64,000 nt of DNA from the NCBI GenBank assembly GCA_963663405.2, contig CAXXSM010000012.1, forward strand, positions 8,989-72,988. Reading direction: 5' to 3'. The notes beneath the pieces are model-generated. The model did no database searches, was not told the DNA's origin, and was given only the letters and a program-made list of their open reading frames with translations. A program made the translations under genes and the position numbers. Below are positions 10,103 through 20,304 of this stretch, one piece after another. Source of the stretch: a bacterium (lineage in GTDB: Bacteria; Hinthialibacterota; Hinthialibacteria; Hinthialibacterales; Hinthialibacteraceae). Positions within the stretch are counted from its first letter, which is position 1. Each line of letters opens with the position of its first letter.

Positions 10103-12208
10103 TCACGATCCAGGCCCCTTCAACAAACGGTAGAAACGCACTCTCTCCGTCTGGTAAGGAAGCTGGTACGACATTAGCAATTCGAAATAGTCTGGATTCG
10201 AGAGATAGAATCGATGGCCCAACGATTGTGTGATGGGATGCGTTTCTTCGTCAGGAATGTAAAGATAATACTGGATTCCACGCGCAAGCAGTTCTTGGTG
10301 CACTTTTGGATATGGCTTGCCATAAAGATATAGAATCCCGCAGTCATCCAGATGGATGATCTGAAGATCGTCCCGGTAGACGTGATACCGGTTGTCGTGC
10401 GTCAAGATTTTGGCTCCTGGTTCAACCTTTTCATTAATAAACCGCCAAACCGGCGCGTCTCTGGGAAACGTATAGTGATAAAAATCCTCAGGCGCCAAAC
10501 CAGGATGATGGAAAAAAGGCAAATCGGGGCTCTTCATCTTGGAACCCATGATTGAATACGTAATCCCCGGCGAAAATCCCGCGATGAGAATCATCACGCC
10601 GAACCAATGAACGATCCGGCGGGAGCCGGTTTCCTGCAAAAAACGGCCCATGAAGACCGCCAGAATGGGAAACACGGCGATGATGTGATAGAGATACAAT
10701 CCTGACAAGACATATTGATAGAAAAGGTAGAGAAACACCAAAACACCCATGACGACAAAAAACGGCCGCTCCCGTTTCCATCCGAGGAGGAAAGAGGGAA
10801 ATAGAATCCCCCCCGCGAGTGGAGCCACACGCCAGTTAGCGATAAAAAAACCGGGGCTGTTCAGCAGCCGTTCCCACAAATTCCTGCCCAGATAGGAAAA
10901 ATCGCCATGCGCTCTCCATTCGTTATTGCATGAACGCAGTACATCTGGATCAATGTTTTTCCCCCCGAAAATCGACGGGAAAAAGGCGTAAACCGGATTG
11001 CCGGTTACTATCCAGTTTCGAACGGACCAGATAAGAGCCAGTCCAAACCAGAACGCAAACGATCCAATAACGCAGCGCCAGCCGCCTGATTCGTTGAATA
11101 ATTCCGTACGGCGCATCCAAATCGCGAGCGCCAGACAAGGCCACACAATCCACCCTAGATAATTGATATGCGGCGCGATCGCGCAGCAGCAGAGAAGAGG
11201 CTGCAGGCTTTTACAAGACGAATTATGAAGAAACCAGTACACAAAGAGCATAAAAAGCCCTGTAAAAACCATCACCAACGAATAATCAGAAGCCCAGATC
11301 GTATAAGATGTGACATAGGGAAGCGTCCGGAAACTCAATGCGGAAAGCATCGCGATCAGACGGTTTTTCCACATCGCCAACACGAGGTAATAAACCACTA
11401 TCACCGCCCCCAGCGCCGCGAATGGGCATATAAACTGTCCGTATAAATCCGACCAGGATCCAAACAGCGTCGCCGTCACCGCTTGATGAAGAGGATAGAG
11501 ATGCGGATAATTGGCGCCCAGCCCCAATCCCACCTGCAGACAGACGAGGATGGGAAAACCACCATTTTTATACGTTCGTTCCGCATACTCGACGTAATAG
11601 ATCAACGCGTCCCAATAATCGACGGGAAAGAAAACCGCATGATAGAAACTTAGGACGGTGATCACCGTCAGGCAGACAAAGGCGCCCCAGTAGAGAACGC
11701 GGCTTGTTAAACTTTCGTCTTGATCCACGTCTGTTTGAAAACAAGCATCGCTCGTTCCCCACATTCGATGCAGCGCGCACAATCCCGCAATAAGAACGAG
11801 TAAAGTCAACCAAGCGGTCCATATGTTGAGCAGGAAGAATATCGCAAGTAATTCCAAAACAAACGTCGCCAATCCGATTCCCATGAAAATTCCGGCAATC
11901 CCTTCTAACACACGGGGCAGCCGCACAAACAATCGTAAAAACAGTACGCCGATCGCGCCGTGCAAGATCAAAGAAATGCCCTCGAATACAATCGCGCTCC
12001 AAAATCCTTCTGGAAACCGGAAAAGCGAATCGAAAACAAGTTTGTTAAGCGCTCGGAAAAAAGAAGGAACCGTATACAATAAATCTCTCGTTTCCACCTG
12101 GAGAAAAAAAAGAATCAGGCAAATCCCCAACCAAGTCAGGATAAAATAGGAAACCAGCTGCCCAAAGAGAACAGAATTAGCATTGGAACGATCTTCACTA
12201 GGATTCAC
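10103..12208 (-). CDS. GT-C (ArnT/PMT-like) membrane glycosyltransferase
   Basis: P.DYWDALIYY motif, NYP.L, RNWIVTGNPVY, many TM helices. Confidence 0.7.
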   Translation of the reverse strand: MNPSEDRSNANSVLFGQLVSYFILTWLGICLILFFLQVETRDLLYTVPSFFRALNKLVFDSLFRFPEGFWSAIVFEGISLILHGAIGVLFLRLFVRLPRVLEGIAGIFMGIGLATFVLELLAIFFLLNIWTAWLTLLVLIAGLCALHRMWGTSDACFQTDVDQDESLTSRVLYWGAFVCLTVITVLSFYHAVFFPVDYWDALIYYVEYAERTYKNGGFPILVCLQVGLGLGANYPHLYPLHQAVTATLFGSWSDLYGQFICPFAALGAVIVVYYLVLAMWKNRLIAMLSALSFRTLPYVTSYTIWASDYSLVMVFTGLFMLFVYWFLHNSSCKSLQPLLCCCAIAPHINYLGWIVWPCLALAIWMRRTELFNESGGWRCVIGSFAFWFGLALIWSVRNWIVTGNPVYAFFPSIFGGKNIDPDVLRSCNNEWRAHGDFSYLGRNLWERLLNSPGFFIANWRVAPLAGGILFPSFLLGWKRERPFFVVMGVLVFLYLFYQYVLSGLYLYHIIAVFPILAVFMGRFLQETGSRRIVHWFGVMILIAGFSPGITYSIMGSKMKSPDLPFFHHPGLAPEDFYHYTFPRDAPVWRFINEKVEPGAKILTHDNRYHVYRDDLQIIHLDDCGILYLYGKPYPKVHQELLARGIQYYLYIPDEETHPITQSLGHRFYLSNPDYFELLMSYQLPYQTERVRFYRLLKGPGS

Positions 12209-12423
12209 GAATTGTTTTAACCCCCTTTTTCAAACTGAAAACCACAGCGGCGGTGGAAATAAATATTATTGCTGAACCATGCGCTGCACTGAACGATTGG
12301 AACCATTTCGCATTATACTTGAAAAAGATAAGATTGTCTTTTGACGCGTTCCTCTCAACCGGATTCGGGGAAAGGATAGAGAAGCGATTCAATACAGCGT
12401 TATCTGCAGTGGAAGGAGATGTC

Positions 12424-12906
12424 ATGTCATCGGAAAGCGGTGAGAAGCAAAATCTTGAAACGATCTTAAGCCGATACTGTCAGGAGATGAGAGCATGGGC
12501 GAAAGGGTGGCTGGAAAGCAATTTTCATAAAGAATTGCCGGTGGACGAGAAGGGTGAACTGAATTTAGGTGTAAGTGATGACGCGCTGGATATATGGGCT
12601 CCCAACGAACAGGCGATTGAATTTTCCGAAGAGATCGCTCGTGACTATATCGCGCCCATTCTCACCGGCGGAGGGGGAGAACCAGACGAAGCGGATATCA
12701 TCGCCGCAGAAGAGATCGCCTATAACAGCATCGTTCCCATTCTGCATGATTCATTTATCGAGGAAATTCTTCTACAAAAGTTGAAAATGGAAAAAATCTC
12801 TACGCTGGTCTGGAAAGAAGTGAAAGGCTCACGGTCTATGAAAGGAATCGTTCGAAATATCATAAAAGATATCTATGACGAACAAACGAACGAAGTGGAG
12901 AGTTAA
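12424..12906 (+). CDS. Hypothetical acidic protein
   Basis: GGAAGGAG RBS before ATG 12424; open frame to 12906. Confidence 0.6.
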   Translation: MSSESGEKQNLETILSRYCQEMRAWAKGWLESNFHKELPVDEKGELNLGVSDDALDIWAPNEQAIEFSEEIARDYIAPILTGGGGEPDEADIIAAEEIAYNSIVPILHDSFIEEILLQKLKMEKISTLVWKEVKGSRSMKGIVRNIIKDIYDEQTNEVES

Positions 12907-13250
12907 TCATTTTTTACGATTTGGTGAATACATATCACAACTTCATTGGACAGGTTCGTCTGAAGCGTTTGCAGATCTTTACAAATTGAAACCAGTTTCT
13001 CGATCTCATCGGGAGCCGCGTTTCTATCCCTCGCCTCTTCAACAAGGGCTTCTGCTTTCCTCAATATGGATTGACAATCGGCGAGATTCTCGTGAATCCC
13101 CCGAATTAGATTCACATTGGCTTGAATGGTCTCATGATATTTCTTATCTTCCTCTTCAAATAATAGGGATACATTCTTCTCAAACTCATCAAAATAGGGA
13201 GCGCCATCTCTGAAAAAACGATGAACGCTGGCTTTTTTCTTTTCGCTCAT
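12903..13250 (-). CDS. Hypothetical coiled-coil protein
   Basis: AGAGGA RBS, helical composition, co-oriented downstream of purC. Confidence 0.6.
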   Translation of the reverse strand: MSEKKKASVHRFFRDGAPYFDEFEKNVSLLFEEEDKKYHETIQANVNLIRGIHENLADCQSILRKAEALVEEARDRNAAPDEIEKLVSICKDLQTLQTNLSNEVVICIHQIVKND

Positions 13251-13328
13251 TGGTTATCCTCTTTTTATTGTATTCTAGAAAGATATGAAAACGGACTTAA
13301 TAGAATTAACATAGATCCTACCGGTTTC

Positions 13329-14225
13329 TCATTCTGGATTCCACTTTTTCTGGGTGATTCTCTCATACGCTTCGATGTATCGCTTACGCGTGTTTTCAAC
13401 AATATCATCCGTTAAATCGGGAGGGGGTGGATTCCGGTCCCAGTTGACGCTATTCAGATAATCACGAACGAATTGTTTATCCAACGCTTCCTGTGGTTGA
13501 CCAGGGGTGTAGGTATCCTCCAGCCAGAAGCGGGAGGAATCGGGAGTCAGGATCTCATCAATCAAAATAATCTCATCGTCCAGAAAACCGAATTCGAACT
13601 TCGTGTCGGCGATGATCACGCCTCGTTCTCGAGCGGCCTTAGCCGCGCTTTTATAAAGTTCCAAACTGCGATCCCTCAATTCATCCGCCTCCCAGCCCCC
13701 CACCTGCAGAACGGCTTCTTCAAAGGATATATTGATATCATGACCATCATGACTTTTCGTGGCGGGTGTAAAGATCGGTTCCGGCAATTCATCCGACTCT
13801 TTCAAGCCGGATGGCAGCAGGATCCCGCATACGGTTTGATCTTTCTGATACTCCACCCAAGCCGAACCGGATAGATATCCACGTACGACACACTCAATCA
13901 ATACAGGTTCGGCCTTCTTAGTCAACATTGTACGATGGTAGAGCTGGTCCGGATGAGACCGGAACGGTTCGGGTAAATCCTCTACATCAGTTGAAATGAG
14001 ATGGTTGGGCTTGGCTTCGGGAATCGTATCCATCCAATGCTTCGTCATTTGCGTGAGGATGGCGCCTTTATCGGGAATCCCTTGAGGAAGAATGCTGTCG
14101 TAAGCGCTGATACGATCGGTCGCCACAAGAAGAAGACGGTCGCCAAGGTCAAAAATATCTCGCACTTTTCCTGTACGTATCGGGGAGACACCAGGTATCG
14201 TTATAGTGGTCAATGCTGTGTTCAT
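13329..14225 (-). CDS. purC: SAICAR synthetase
   Basis: GKVRDIF, TDRISAYD, ECVVRGYLSGS, IIADTKFEFG, DEILTPDSSRFW, DKQFVRD. Confidence 0.97.
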   Translation of the reverse strand: MNTALTTITIPGVSPIRTGKVRDIFDLGDRLLLVATDRISAYDSILPQGIPDKGAILTQMTKHWMDTIPEAKPNHLISTDVEDLPEPFRSHPDQLYHRTMLTKKAEPVLIECVVRGYLSGSAWVEYQKDQTVCGILLPSGLKESDELPEPIFTPATKSHDGHDINISFEEAVLQVGGWEADELRDRSLELYKSAAKAARERGVIIADTKFEFGFLDDEIILIDEILTPDSSRFWLEDTYTPGQPQEALDKQFVRDYLNSVNWDRNPPPPDLTDDIVENTRKRYIEAYERITQKKWNPE

Positions 14226-14318
14226 GATTCATCCCTTTCTTTCCCGTCAGGAATCAAAGTAAACAATGATTTTATCGTAAACATCCACAGAACTGAAGCA
14301 TTGTAACTGCATTTCCAT

Positions 14319-15317
14319 TTATACTTTTCGAAGAGATTCCGCCGCTTTCTCCGGAGGCATGGTGTTGATATAAAACCCGGTTCCCCACTCGAATCCAGCG
14401 GCTTTCGTAATTTTAGGCGCGATTTCCAAACGCCAATGATAATACGGGAATTCATCGCCCGGCGCCCGGAGAGGGGACGTGTGCAGCATAAAATTATAGG
14501 CCGGATCGTTTAAATGCGTTTTAATCCGGAATAATACATCCTTCAGCAGAGACGCGAAAGAAACAATCTTGTGTTCTTCAATGGTCTCGAAATGACTCTG
14601 GTGCTGTTTGGGAAGAATCCATGTTTCGTAAGCGGCTCGTGACGCATAAGGCGCGATCGCGATAAAATCCTCATTTTCCACAATCACCCGGATTCCACTC
14701 TTCCGTTCCTGCTGGATAATCTCGCAAAAGACACAGCGGGAATTCTTGGTAAAAAACGCGCCCGCGCCCGCGAGTTCTTCTTTCAACCGTTTCGGGACAA
14801 TCGGCAGGCCGACAATTTGCGAATGAGGATGATTGAGCGACGCCCCCGCTTCCCTACCGTGGTTCTTGAAGATCAGAATATAATGCAGGCGGGTATCGTC
14901 ACGAAGCGCCGCCATACGCTCCTTGTAGGCGTGAACGATCCGCTCGACTTGTGGCAGATCAAAATCCGCGATTGAAAGGTCATGTTCCGGCGACTCAATA
15001 ACAACCTCATGCGCGCCGGTCCCATTCATTCGGACATAGATTCCATCCTCTTCCGGAGCCGGATCTTTCCCAGGCGCAAGCGCTGGGTATTTATTGGGCA
15101 CAACGCGGATCAGCCATTGTTTATTTTGCCATCCCCCATTCGTTGATGGAAAGACCAGGATTGGTTCCAACGTTTTATCTTCCGCGCCGGGACAGAACGG
15201 ACATAATCCCTGAATGGTCTTCTGCTCCTGTTGAATAAAATCCATCGGACGGTCCCCCCGCTCAGCGGCGATGATCACCCAACGGCCGATCACAGGATCT
15301 TTTCTCAATTCCGGCAT
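14319..15317 (-). CDS. galT: Galactose-1-phosphate uridylyltransferase
   Basis: ELRKDP, CPFCPG, NKYPAL, GAHEVVIE, GASLNHPHSQ HIT-like motif, AGFEWGTG; RBS before ATG 15317. Confidence 0.95.
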   Translation of the reverse strand: MPELRKDPVIGRWVIIAAERGDRPMDFIQQEQKTIQGLCPFCPGAEDKTLEPILVFPSTNGGWQNKQWLIRVVPNKYPALAPGKDPAPEEDGIYVRMNGTGAHEVVIESPEHDLSIADFDLPQVERIVHAYKERMAALRDDTRLHYILIFKNHGREAGASLNHPHSQIVGLPIVPKRLKEELAGAGAFFTKNSRCVFCEIIQQERKSGIRVIVENEDFIAIAPYASRAAYETWILPKQHQSHFETIEEHKIVSFASLLKDVLFRIKTHLNDPAYNFMLHTSPLRAPGDEFPYYHWRLEIAPKITKAAGFEWGTGFYINTMPPEKAAESLRKV

Positions 15318-15427
15318 CCACGGCTCCTTCCAACACGCCAAGTAAAATAGGGATAGAATCTTTTAACAGTGTATTCAATTCTTGAGCGATTCCTAGGATT
15401 CCTTGGGCCGTTCGTTTGAAAATGAAT

Positions 15428-15457
15428 CTGCCAAGATAGAGAATTCAGAGGTATAAT
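15428..15457 (+). promoter_or_regulatory. Promoter of rnpB
   Basis: CTGCCA-18 nt-TATAAT immediately upstream of the RNase P RNA. Confidence 0.6.
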
Positions 15458-15464
15458 GCTATCC

Positions 15465-15826
15465 AGCGGGGGGAGGAGGCGATCGCGGGACGGTCTACAC
15501 CGTTTCGAGGAAAGTCCGGACTCCACAGAGCGGGACGCTGGGTAACACCCAGGGGGGGAAACCCCACGGAAAGCGCCACAGAAAAGATACCGCCCGCGTC
15601 AGCGGGTAAGGGTGAAATGGTGGGGTAAGAGCCCACCGCGGTTCCGGGTGACCGGACCGGCACGGCAAGCCCCGTCCGGAGCAACGTCAAATAGGGGAGG
15701 AGGAGTGGCTCGCTCCATTCCGCGTCAGCGGACAACTCCCGGGTAGGCGGCATGAGACCGCCGGTAACGGCGGCCCCAGATAAATGATCGCCCTCGACAG
15801 AATCCGGCTTACACCTCCCCCCGGAT
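15465..15826 (+). ncRNA. rnpB: RNase P RNA, bacterial type A
   Basis: GAGGAAAGTCCGGACTCC, GGAAAGCGCCACAGAAAA, GGGTGAAATGGTGGGGTAAGAGCCCACC, AGATAAATGATCG, ACAGAATCCGGCTTAC; P1 pairing GGGGGGAGG/CCTCCCCCC. Confidence 0.97.
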
Positions 15827-15851
15827 TTTCAATTTTTTAATGGATCTAAGC

Positions 15852-15880
15852 AATGGAGCGCAGGCGTCCCGCCCGCAAAA
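15852..15880 (+). repeat. REP-like palindrome, family A copy 1
   Basis: AATGGAGCGCAGGCGTCCCGCCCGCAAAA; near-identical copies at 28121, 32187 (minus) and 34434. Confidence 0.8.
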
Positions 15881-15913
15881 GAAATTCTAAATTCTCTCAC
15901 AATTCCGGTCAAT

Positions 15914-16666
15914 CTACTTTTTCCTCGCCAACACCACTAGCGACAAACCAATCGGCAATCCTCTCCCAATCACAAATGGCAGTTCACTTGTAAAAAGCCG
16001 GATCAGAAGCCGGTTGATGCGTGGATGGTGATGCATATTGTCGGGACGCGCGCGGTGGTTCTTTTCTTTGATGAACCAGCGCCGGATACGGCGGTACCAA
16101 CGCCAGATAAAAGCCGCGGGGAGTAATACAGCGTTCATGAACGAGTGGTGAACAAGTTCAAAGCCATTCGCTTCAATCATGATTAAAAGGCGTTTGGGCA
16201 GGTACCGGCGCTTATGCTCATTGATCTCGTCGTGTTCCCCCCAGAGAGATGGGTAGACCGGCACAGTAACGAGCAAACACCCTCCTGGTTTGCAGACACG
16301 GGCGATCTCCTGAAGCGCCTTCTCGTCGTCTTCGATATGCTCTAACACGTCCAACGCGGTCACAAGGTCAAATAACCCATCTTCGTATGGCAAGTCCAAG
16401 AGACTCGCCTCTTGGACGTTTCTCTCATTCCGCAGGTGACAGAATCGGATCGCTTCCGGAGAATTGTCAACACCGGTCACGGCGCCGAATTCAGCGAGCC
16501 AGGCGAGATTGACGCCTGTGCCGCAGCCCGCGTCGAGTATCTTCCAGCCAGACGTGTCAGTAGGGAGAACCTTTTGAAGCAAAGCGAATAAAATTTTCCG
16601 CCGGCTGACAAACCACCAGTTGCCGCTCTCGAATTCGTAATAATCTGAATAGTAATCTTCCCGCAC
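15914..16666 (-). CDS. Class I SAM-dependent methyltransferase
   Basis: WWFVSRR, ILDAGCGTG, LDVLEHIEDD, HDEINEHKRRY. Confidence 0.88.
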   Translation of the reverse strand: MREDYYSDYYEFESGNWWFVSRRKILFALLQKVLPTDTSGWKILDAGCGTGVNLAWLAEFGAVTGVDNSPEAIRFCHLRNERNVQEASLLDLPYEDGLFDLVTALDVLEHIEDDEKALQEIARVCKPGGCLLVTVPVYPSLWGEHDEINEHKRRYLPKRLLIMIEANGFELVHHSFMNAVLLPAAFIWRWYRRIRRWFIKEKNHRARPDNMHHHPRINRLLIRLFTSELPFVIGRGLPIGLSLVVLARKK

Positions 16667-16865
16667 AGTCTAAAATAAATTCCTTCTCGATCCAAACAAT
16701 TCGTTGGAAATTGTTCTGATGGGATTTTGTGATTGTATTGACTTTTTCACGTTCCACCAACCTGAATAGCGCAATTCTCCGATTCCGTCCAATAAAAAAA
16801 GAGGAAACCACTCTTAATGATTTCCTCTTGGTTTACTCGATTGATTGCGCGCAGAATCGCGCAGG

Positions 16866-18011
16866 TTATTTCATGATCGATAATCCCCGCAGGGGCGAGG
16901 TGGATTCGCGCAATAAAAGCCGCTGTGGGACTTTGATGATTCGTTCTTCACTCGGTTCCGTGTCCTGTTTTTTCGCTTGAATTTCTTTCAGAAGAACGCG
17001 GAAGAGGGTATCGACGAGTTCAGCCGTAGCCGGCGCTACTGTCGTCAACCGCGGATGAGAATAATGACCCGCTAAATTGTCTCCATGACCGATTAGGGCC
17101 ATATCTTCGGGAATGCGGATTCCGATGGAACTCAGCCCTCTGGCCGCTTCCAGCGCCGTCGCGTCATCGAACGCCAATATCGCCGTCGGCGCTTCAGCAC
17201 CGCTGAACGCTTGTTTGATACGATCGGTATGAACCGGCCAATCTTTGAATATAGAAGGCTTCATGACCCACTCATCCGGATTCCAGAGACCACGGTCTTT
17301 CATTTCATCTTTGTAAGCGTTCCAACGTTCGATCACGGGACCGAAATCGCATTCGCTTCCCTTGGGACCGATATAAGCGACGCGGTTGTGTCCGAGTTCA
17401 AACAAATAATCCAGCGCGCTTTTCGTTCCTTCGTAGTAATCGCTTTGGACACAAAGCAAAGGCGGATCGAAACGCTCGGTTACTTTTTCCGTAATGAGTA
17501 CAGGGATTTTGTTCTTCCCGAAAACAGAGGCGACTCCGACATGCCGTTTCGGCGCGATCGGCGTCCAGACCAACGCGTCAATGCTTTTTTCAAACAAAAG
17601 GCGGGATTGATTCAGTTCAACTTCTTCATCATCCGGCGCGTACATCGCGATGACTTGGATATGGTGAGTGTGCGCTTCATTGATGAATTCAACCGCGAAT
17701 TCTTGAGAATATGCGTTTGACAGTGGAAGGAGCAGCCCGATAGTGATTTGTTCGTTGATGTTTTCAGTGATCGAGTCGGAACGTTTGACAACAAACGTAC
17801 CACTCCCCTGGCGAGAGAGCAGCCAGCCTTGCCGTTCCAGTTCGGAAACAGCGCGGGTTACAGTGCTCAAACTTATATCGAACTCTCTCATCAATTGTTC
17901 GCGGGTGGGAAGAGGATCGCCAGGTTTTAATTTTCCTTCTTCAATCTGTTCCCTCAACTTAATCATGAGTTGGACGTATTTAGGAATACGCAATGATTCA
18001 AAATTGTTCAC
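16866..18011 (-). CDS. GntR-HTH / LacI-type ligand-binding transcriptional regulator (AraR-like architecture)
   Basis: PKYVQL...PGDPLPT...TVTRAVSEL...RQGSGTFV; C-terminal GHNRVAYI, IPEDMALIG, PRLTTV, LLLREST. Confidence 0.9.
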   Translation of the reverse strand: MNNFESLRIPKYVQLMIKLREQIEEGKLKPGDPLPTREQLMREFDISLSTVTRAVSELERQGWLLSRQGSGTFVVKRSDSITENINEQITIGLLLPLSNAYSQEFAVEFINEAHTHHIQVIAMYAPDDEEVELNQSRLLFEKSIDALVWTPIAPKRHVGVASVFGKNKIPVLITEKVTERFDPPLLCVQSDYYEGTKSALDYLFELGHNRVAYIGPKGSECDFGPVIERWNAYKDEMKDRGLWNPDEWVMKPSIFKDWPVHTDRIKQAFSGAEAPTAILAFDDATALEAARGLSSIGIRIPEDMALIGHGDNLAGHYSHPRLTTVAPATAELVDTLFRVLLKEIQAKKQDTEPSEERIIKVPQRLLLRESTSPLRGLSIMK

Positions 18012-18579
18012 AGTATCACCTCGATTATGCTATGTTGCGTTTTCAGTAATGTGTACGAGTGAATATAATAGCCATTAGAATGGAGACATGGAATAGCTAT
18101 AATTCGATGTTTTTCATTTGTCGTTATAGAAATTCTTTTGGTTCCTTCCTTTACGTAATTTATCCATTTGTATTGCATTTAGTAAAGCAACAAATTGATT
18201 TCTTTACATGTTTTATTAGAAAATCATAGCCATTTCCTCCGTGTTTGGCAACCTTTAAAATAGTAATTCGCTTATTCTAACTATTTTCTACTAAAAAAAC
18301 ACTCTTGTTTTGTTCCACTATTCCAAAGGAAGTAATGAATCAATACGTTTTTCTGGAATTATCTTGTCAATGATACGGAAGGATTAAGTTACGTGATATG
18401 TAGTTTAAATCGCCTTGGACGTTTCTTCCTATATCCCATTGGGAATAAAAGACCATTAACCACATAACGCCGATTAAATATTATTATATATATCTCATTT
18501 TCCGTTTTTTGTCAGAAAACAGATTCATTTTTTTGAAGAAATGTGAAGAAATTCTAGTTCGTACTAACGCAGGAATGGA

Positions 18580-19116
18580 TTAAGCAGTGACAAATGTATA
18601 AATAATAAATCCAACGACGGCAAGAAAAGCAAAGAAAAGAAGCAAGGTCAACCATAGTGGAATTCCTGTCTCTTCAACAGTCATCTTGTCCGTTGGGAAC
18701 GCTTGTTCCCACTCATGGCCGGTAATGTTCAGTTTATCTCCTTTGGATTGACCTGATAGAGCGGACGAATCTATGGATACAGTGGAATCGGCGTCTTCCT
18801 GAGAGATCTCTTGTGAAAGGCGTTCTTTCGCTTCCGCTGACCGGAGTTGACTTCGATGAGGCGGTTTTTCGGGCGTCACCCCTTTTAATCCAGACGCCAT
18901 AAGAAAAGTCTTCTCATGCTTGGGATCGAAGACCAATGCTAAATCGTAGTGGTATTTAGCATAGGAGAACTGCTGGAGCGAGCTATAACACAATCCGATA
19001 AAGAAATGAATATCCGGATTTTCTTTATCGTTTTCCAACGCCAATAAGAGCGCGTCAAGAGCGTCCTCAAATTGTGCGCTTTTAGCGAGTTGTTTCCCTT
19101 TTTCTAATAGATCCAT
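18580..19116 (-). CDS. TPR-containing protein with C-terminal TM anchor
   Basis: TPR pattern (ENPDIHFFIGLCY...ALVFDP); hydrophobic C-terminus. Confidence 0.7.
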   Translation of the reverse strand: MDLLEKGKQLAKSAQFEDALDALLLALENDKENPDIHFFIGLCYSSLQQFSYAKYHYDLALVFDPKHEKTFLMASGLKGVTPEKPPHRSQLRSAEAKERLSQEISQEDADSTVSIDSSALSGQSKGDKLNITGHEWEQAFPTDKMTVEETGIPLWLTLLLFFAFLAVVGFIIYTFVTA

Positions 19117-19238
19117 CCTTGAATAACCTTATAAATTGATAGCAGGACCTTTTTTGGCTCTGTATCTTCTAAAGATATATAGCACAAAATAGTGGAATAG
19201 ACAGGAACGCATGACAACTTATGACACAAATGGAAGTT

Positions 19239-20228
19239 CTATGATCCCTGTTCCCATACCTCTGGATTCAGCAGATTGGGGGGACGTCTACCTTCAAAAT
19301 ATGCGATGATATTGTCGGCGGCCATGAGTCCCATACGTGTGCGAGTAGAAGTCGTGGCGCTGCCGATATGCGGACAGAGAACGGCGTTTGGCAATGGAAT
19401 CAATTCAGGATGGACTTTGGGTTCCTCTTCATACACGTCAAGTCCAGCGCCCCAAATCCATTGGTTCTTCAGCGCTTGAACGAGGGCCTCTTCATCAACA
19501 ATCGGACCACGGGCGGTGTTGATCAAAATCGCATGGGGCTGCATCATCCGCAATTCCCGCTCTCCGATCATATGAATTGTATCGGGAGTCATCGGGACAT
19601 GAATACTCACATAATCGCTTTTTTGGAGAAGTTCCTCCAGAGAAACGTGTTCAGCGGTATGCGGATAGGATTCTTCAAATTCCGTATTCCGCCGGTTGGA
19701 ATAGTAAAGAATATTCATCCCAAACGCGGCGCCACGCCGCGCGAAGGCCTGGCCGATTCGTCCCAGACCGATCACGCCAAGAGTCGTTCCCGTGATATCC
19801 TGTCCAAGAAAATGAAGCGGACCCCAGCCCTCAAACTTACCTGCGCGGAGATAATTATCCGACTCGACGATCCGGCGGGCCGTAGCCATCAAAAGCGACC
19901 AGGCCAGATCGGCGGTCGCGTCTGTAAGAACGCCGGGAGTGTTGGTGATGGCAATGCGCCGCCGTGTCGCTTCTTCTAAATCAATGTTGTTGAAACCGAC
20001 CGCGTAGTTGGCGATGATTTTCGCTTGATCCGCCCGTTCCAACACTTCCCGGTCAATAAAATCGGTCAGAATACAGAGAATTCCATCGCGCCCTCCGGCT
20101 TTATCAAGAAGAACAGAGCGGGGAATCACTTGGTCTTCCGGGTATACTTCAACATCGAAGTTTGCGTCTGTTAATCGATCGATCACCGGTTGAGGCAGAG
20201 ATCGGGTTACATAGATTCGTTTAGCCAT
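19239..20228 (-). CDS. D-isomer-specific 2-hydroxyacid dehydrogenase (glyoxylate/hydroxypyruvate reductase family)
   Basis: AVGFNNID, NTPGVLT, GLGRIG, LINTARG, GLDVYEEEP, PHIGSAT. Confidence 0.92.
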   Translation of the reverse strand: MAKRIYVTRSLPQPVIDRLTDANFDVEVYPEDQVIPRSVLLDKAGGRDGILCILTDFIDREVLERADQAKIIANYAVGFNNIDLEEATRRRIAITNTPGVLTDATADLAWSLLMATARRIVESDNYLRAGKFEGWGPLHFLGQDITGTTLGVIGLGRIGQAFARRGAAFGMNILYYSNRRNTEFEESYPHTAEHVSLEELLQKSDYVSIHVPMTPDTIHMIGERELRMMQPHAILINTARGPIVDEEALVQALKNQWIWGAGLDVYEEEPKVHPELIPLPNAVLCPHIGSATTSTRTRMGLMAADNIIAYFEGRRPPNLLNPEVWEQGS

Positions 20229-20304
20229 AACTAAAACTCTCCACTTTTTTGTCTAACAAAGGTTTTGAATATAAGAGGTATGAAAGCCGTTCTTCGTAAG
20301 AGAA

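Noticed and set aside
15445-15753. 102-aa minus-strand ORF
   Set aside because: Antisense shadow of the RNase P RNA.
18012-18579. 570-bp AT-rich gap as an ncRNA or AraR-type operator array
   Set aside because: No convincing structure; only partial GTACGA matches, insufficient to call operators.
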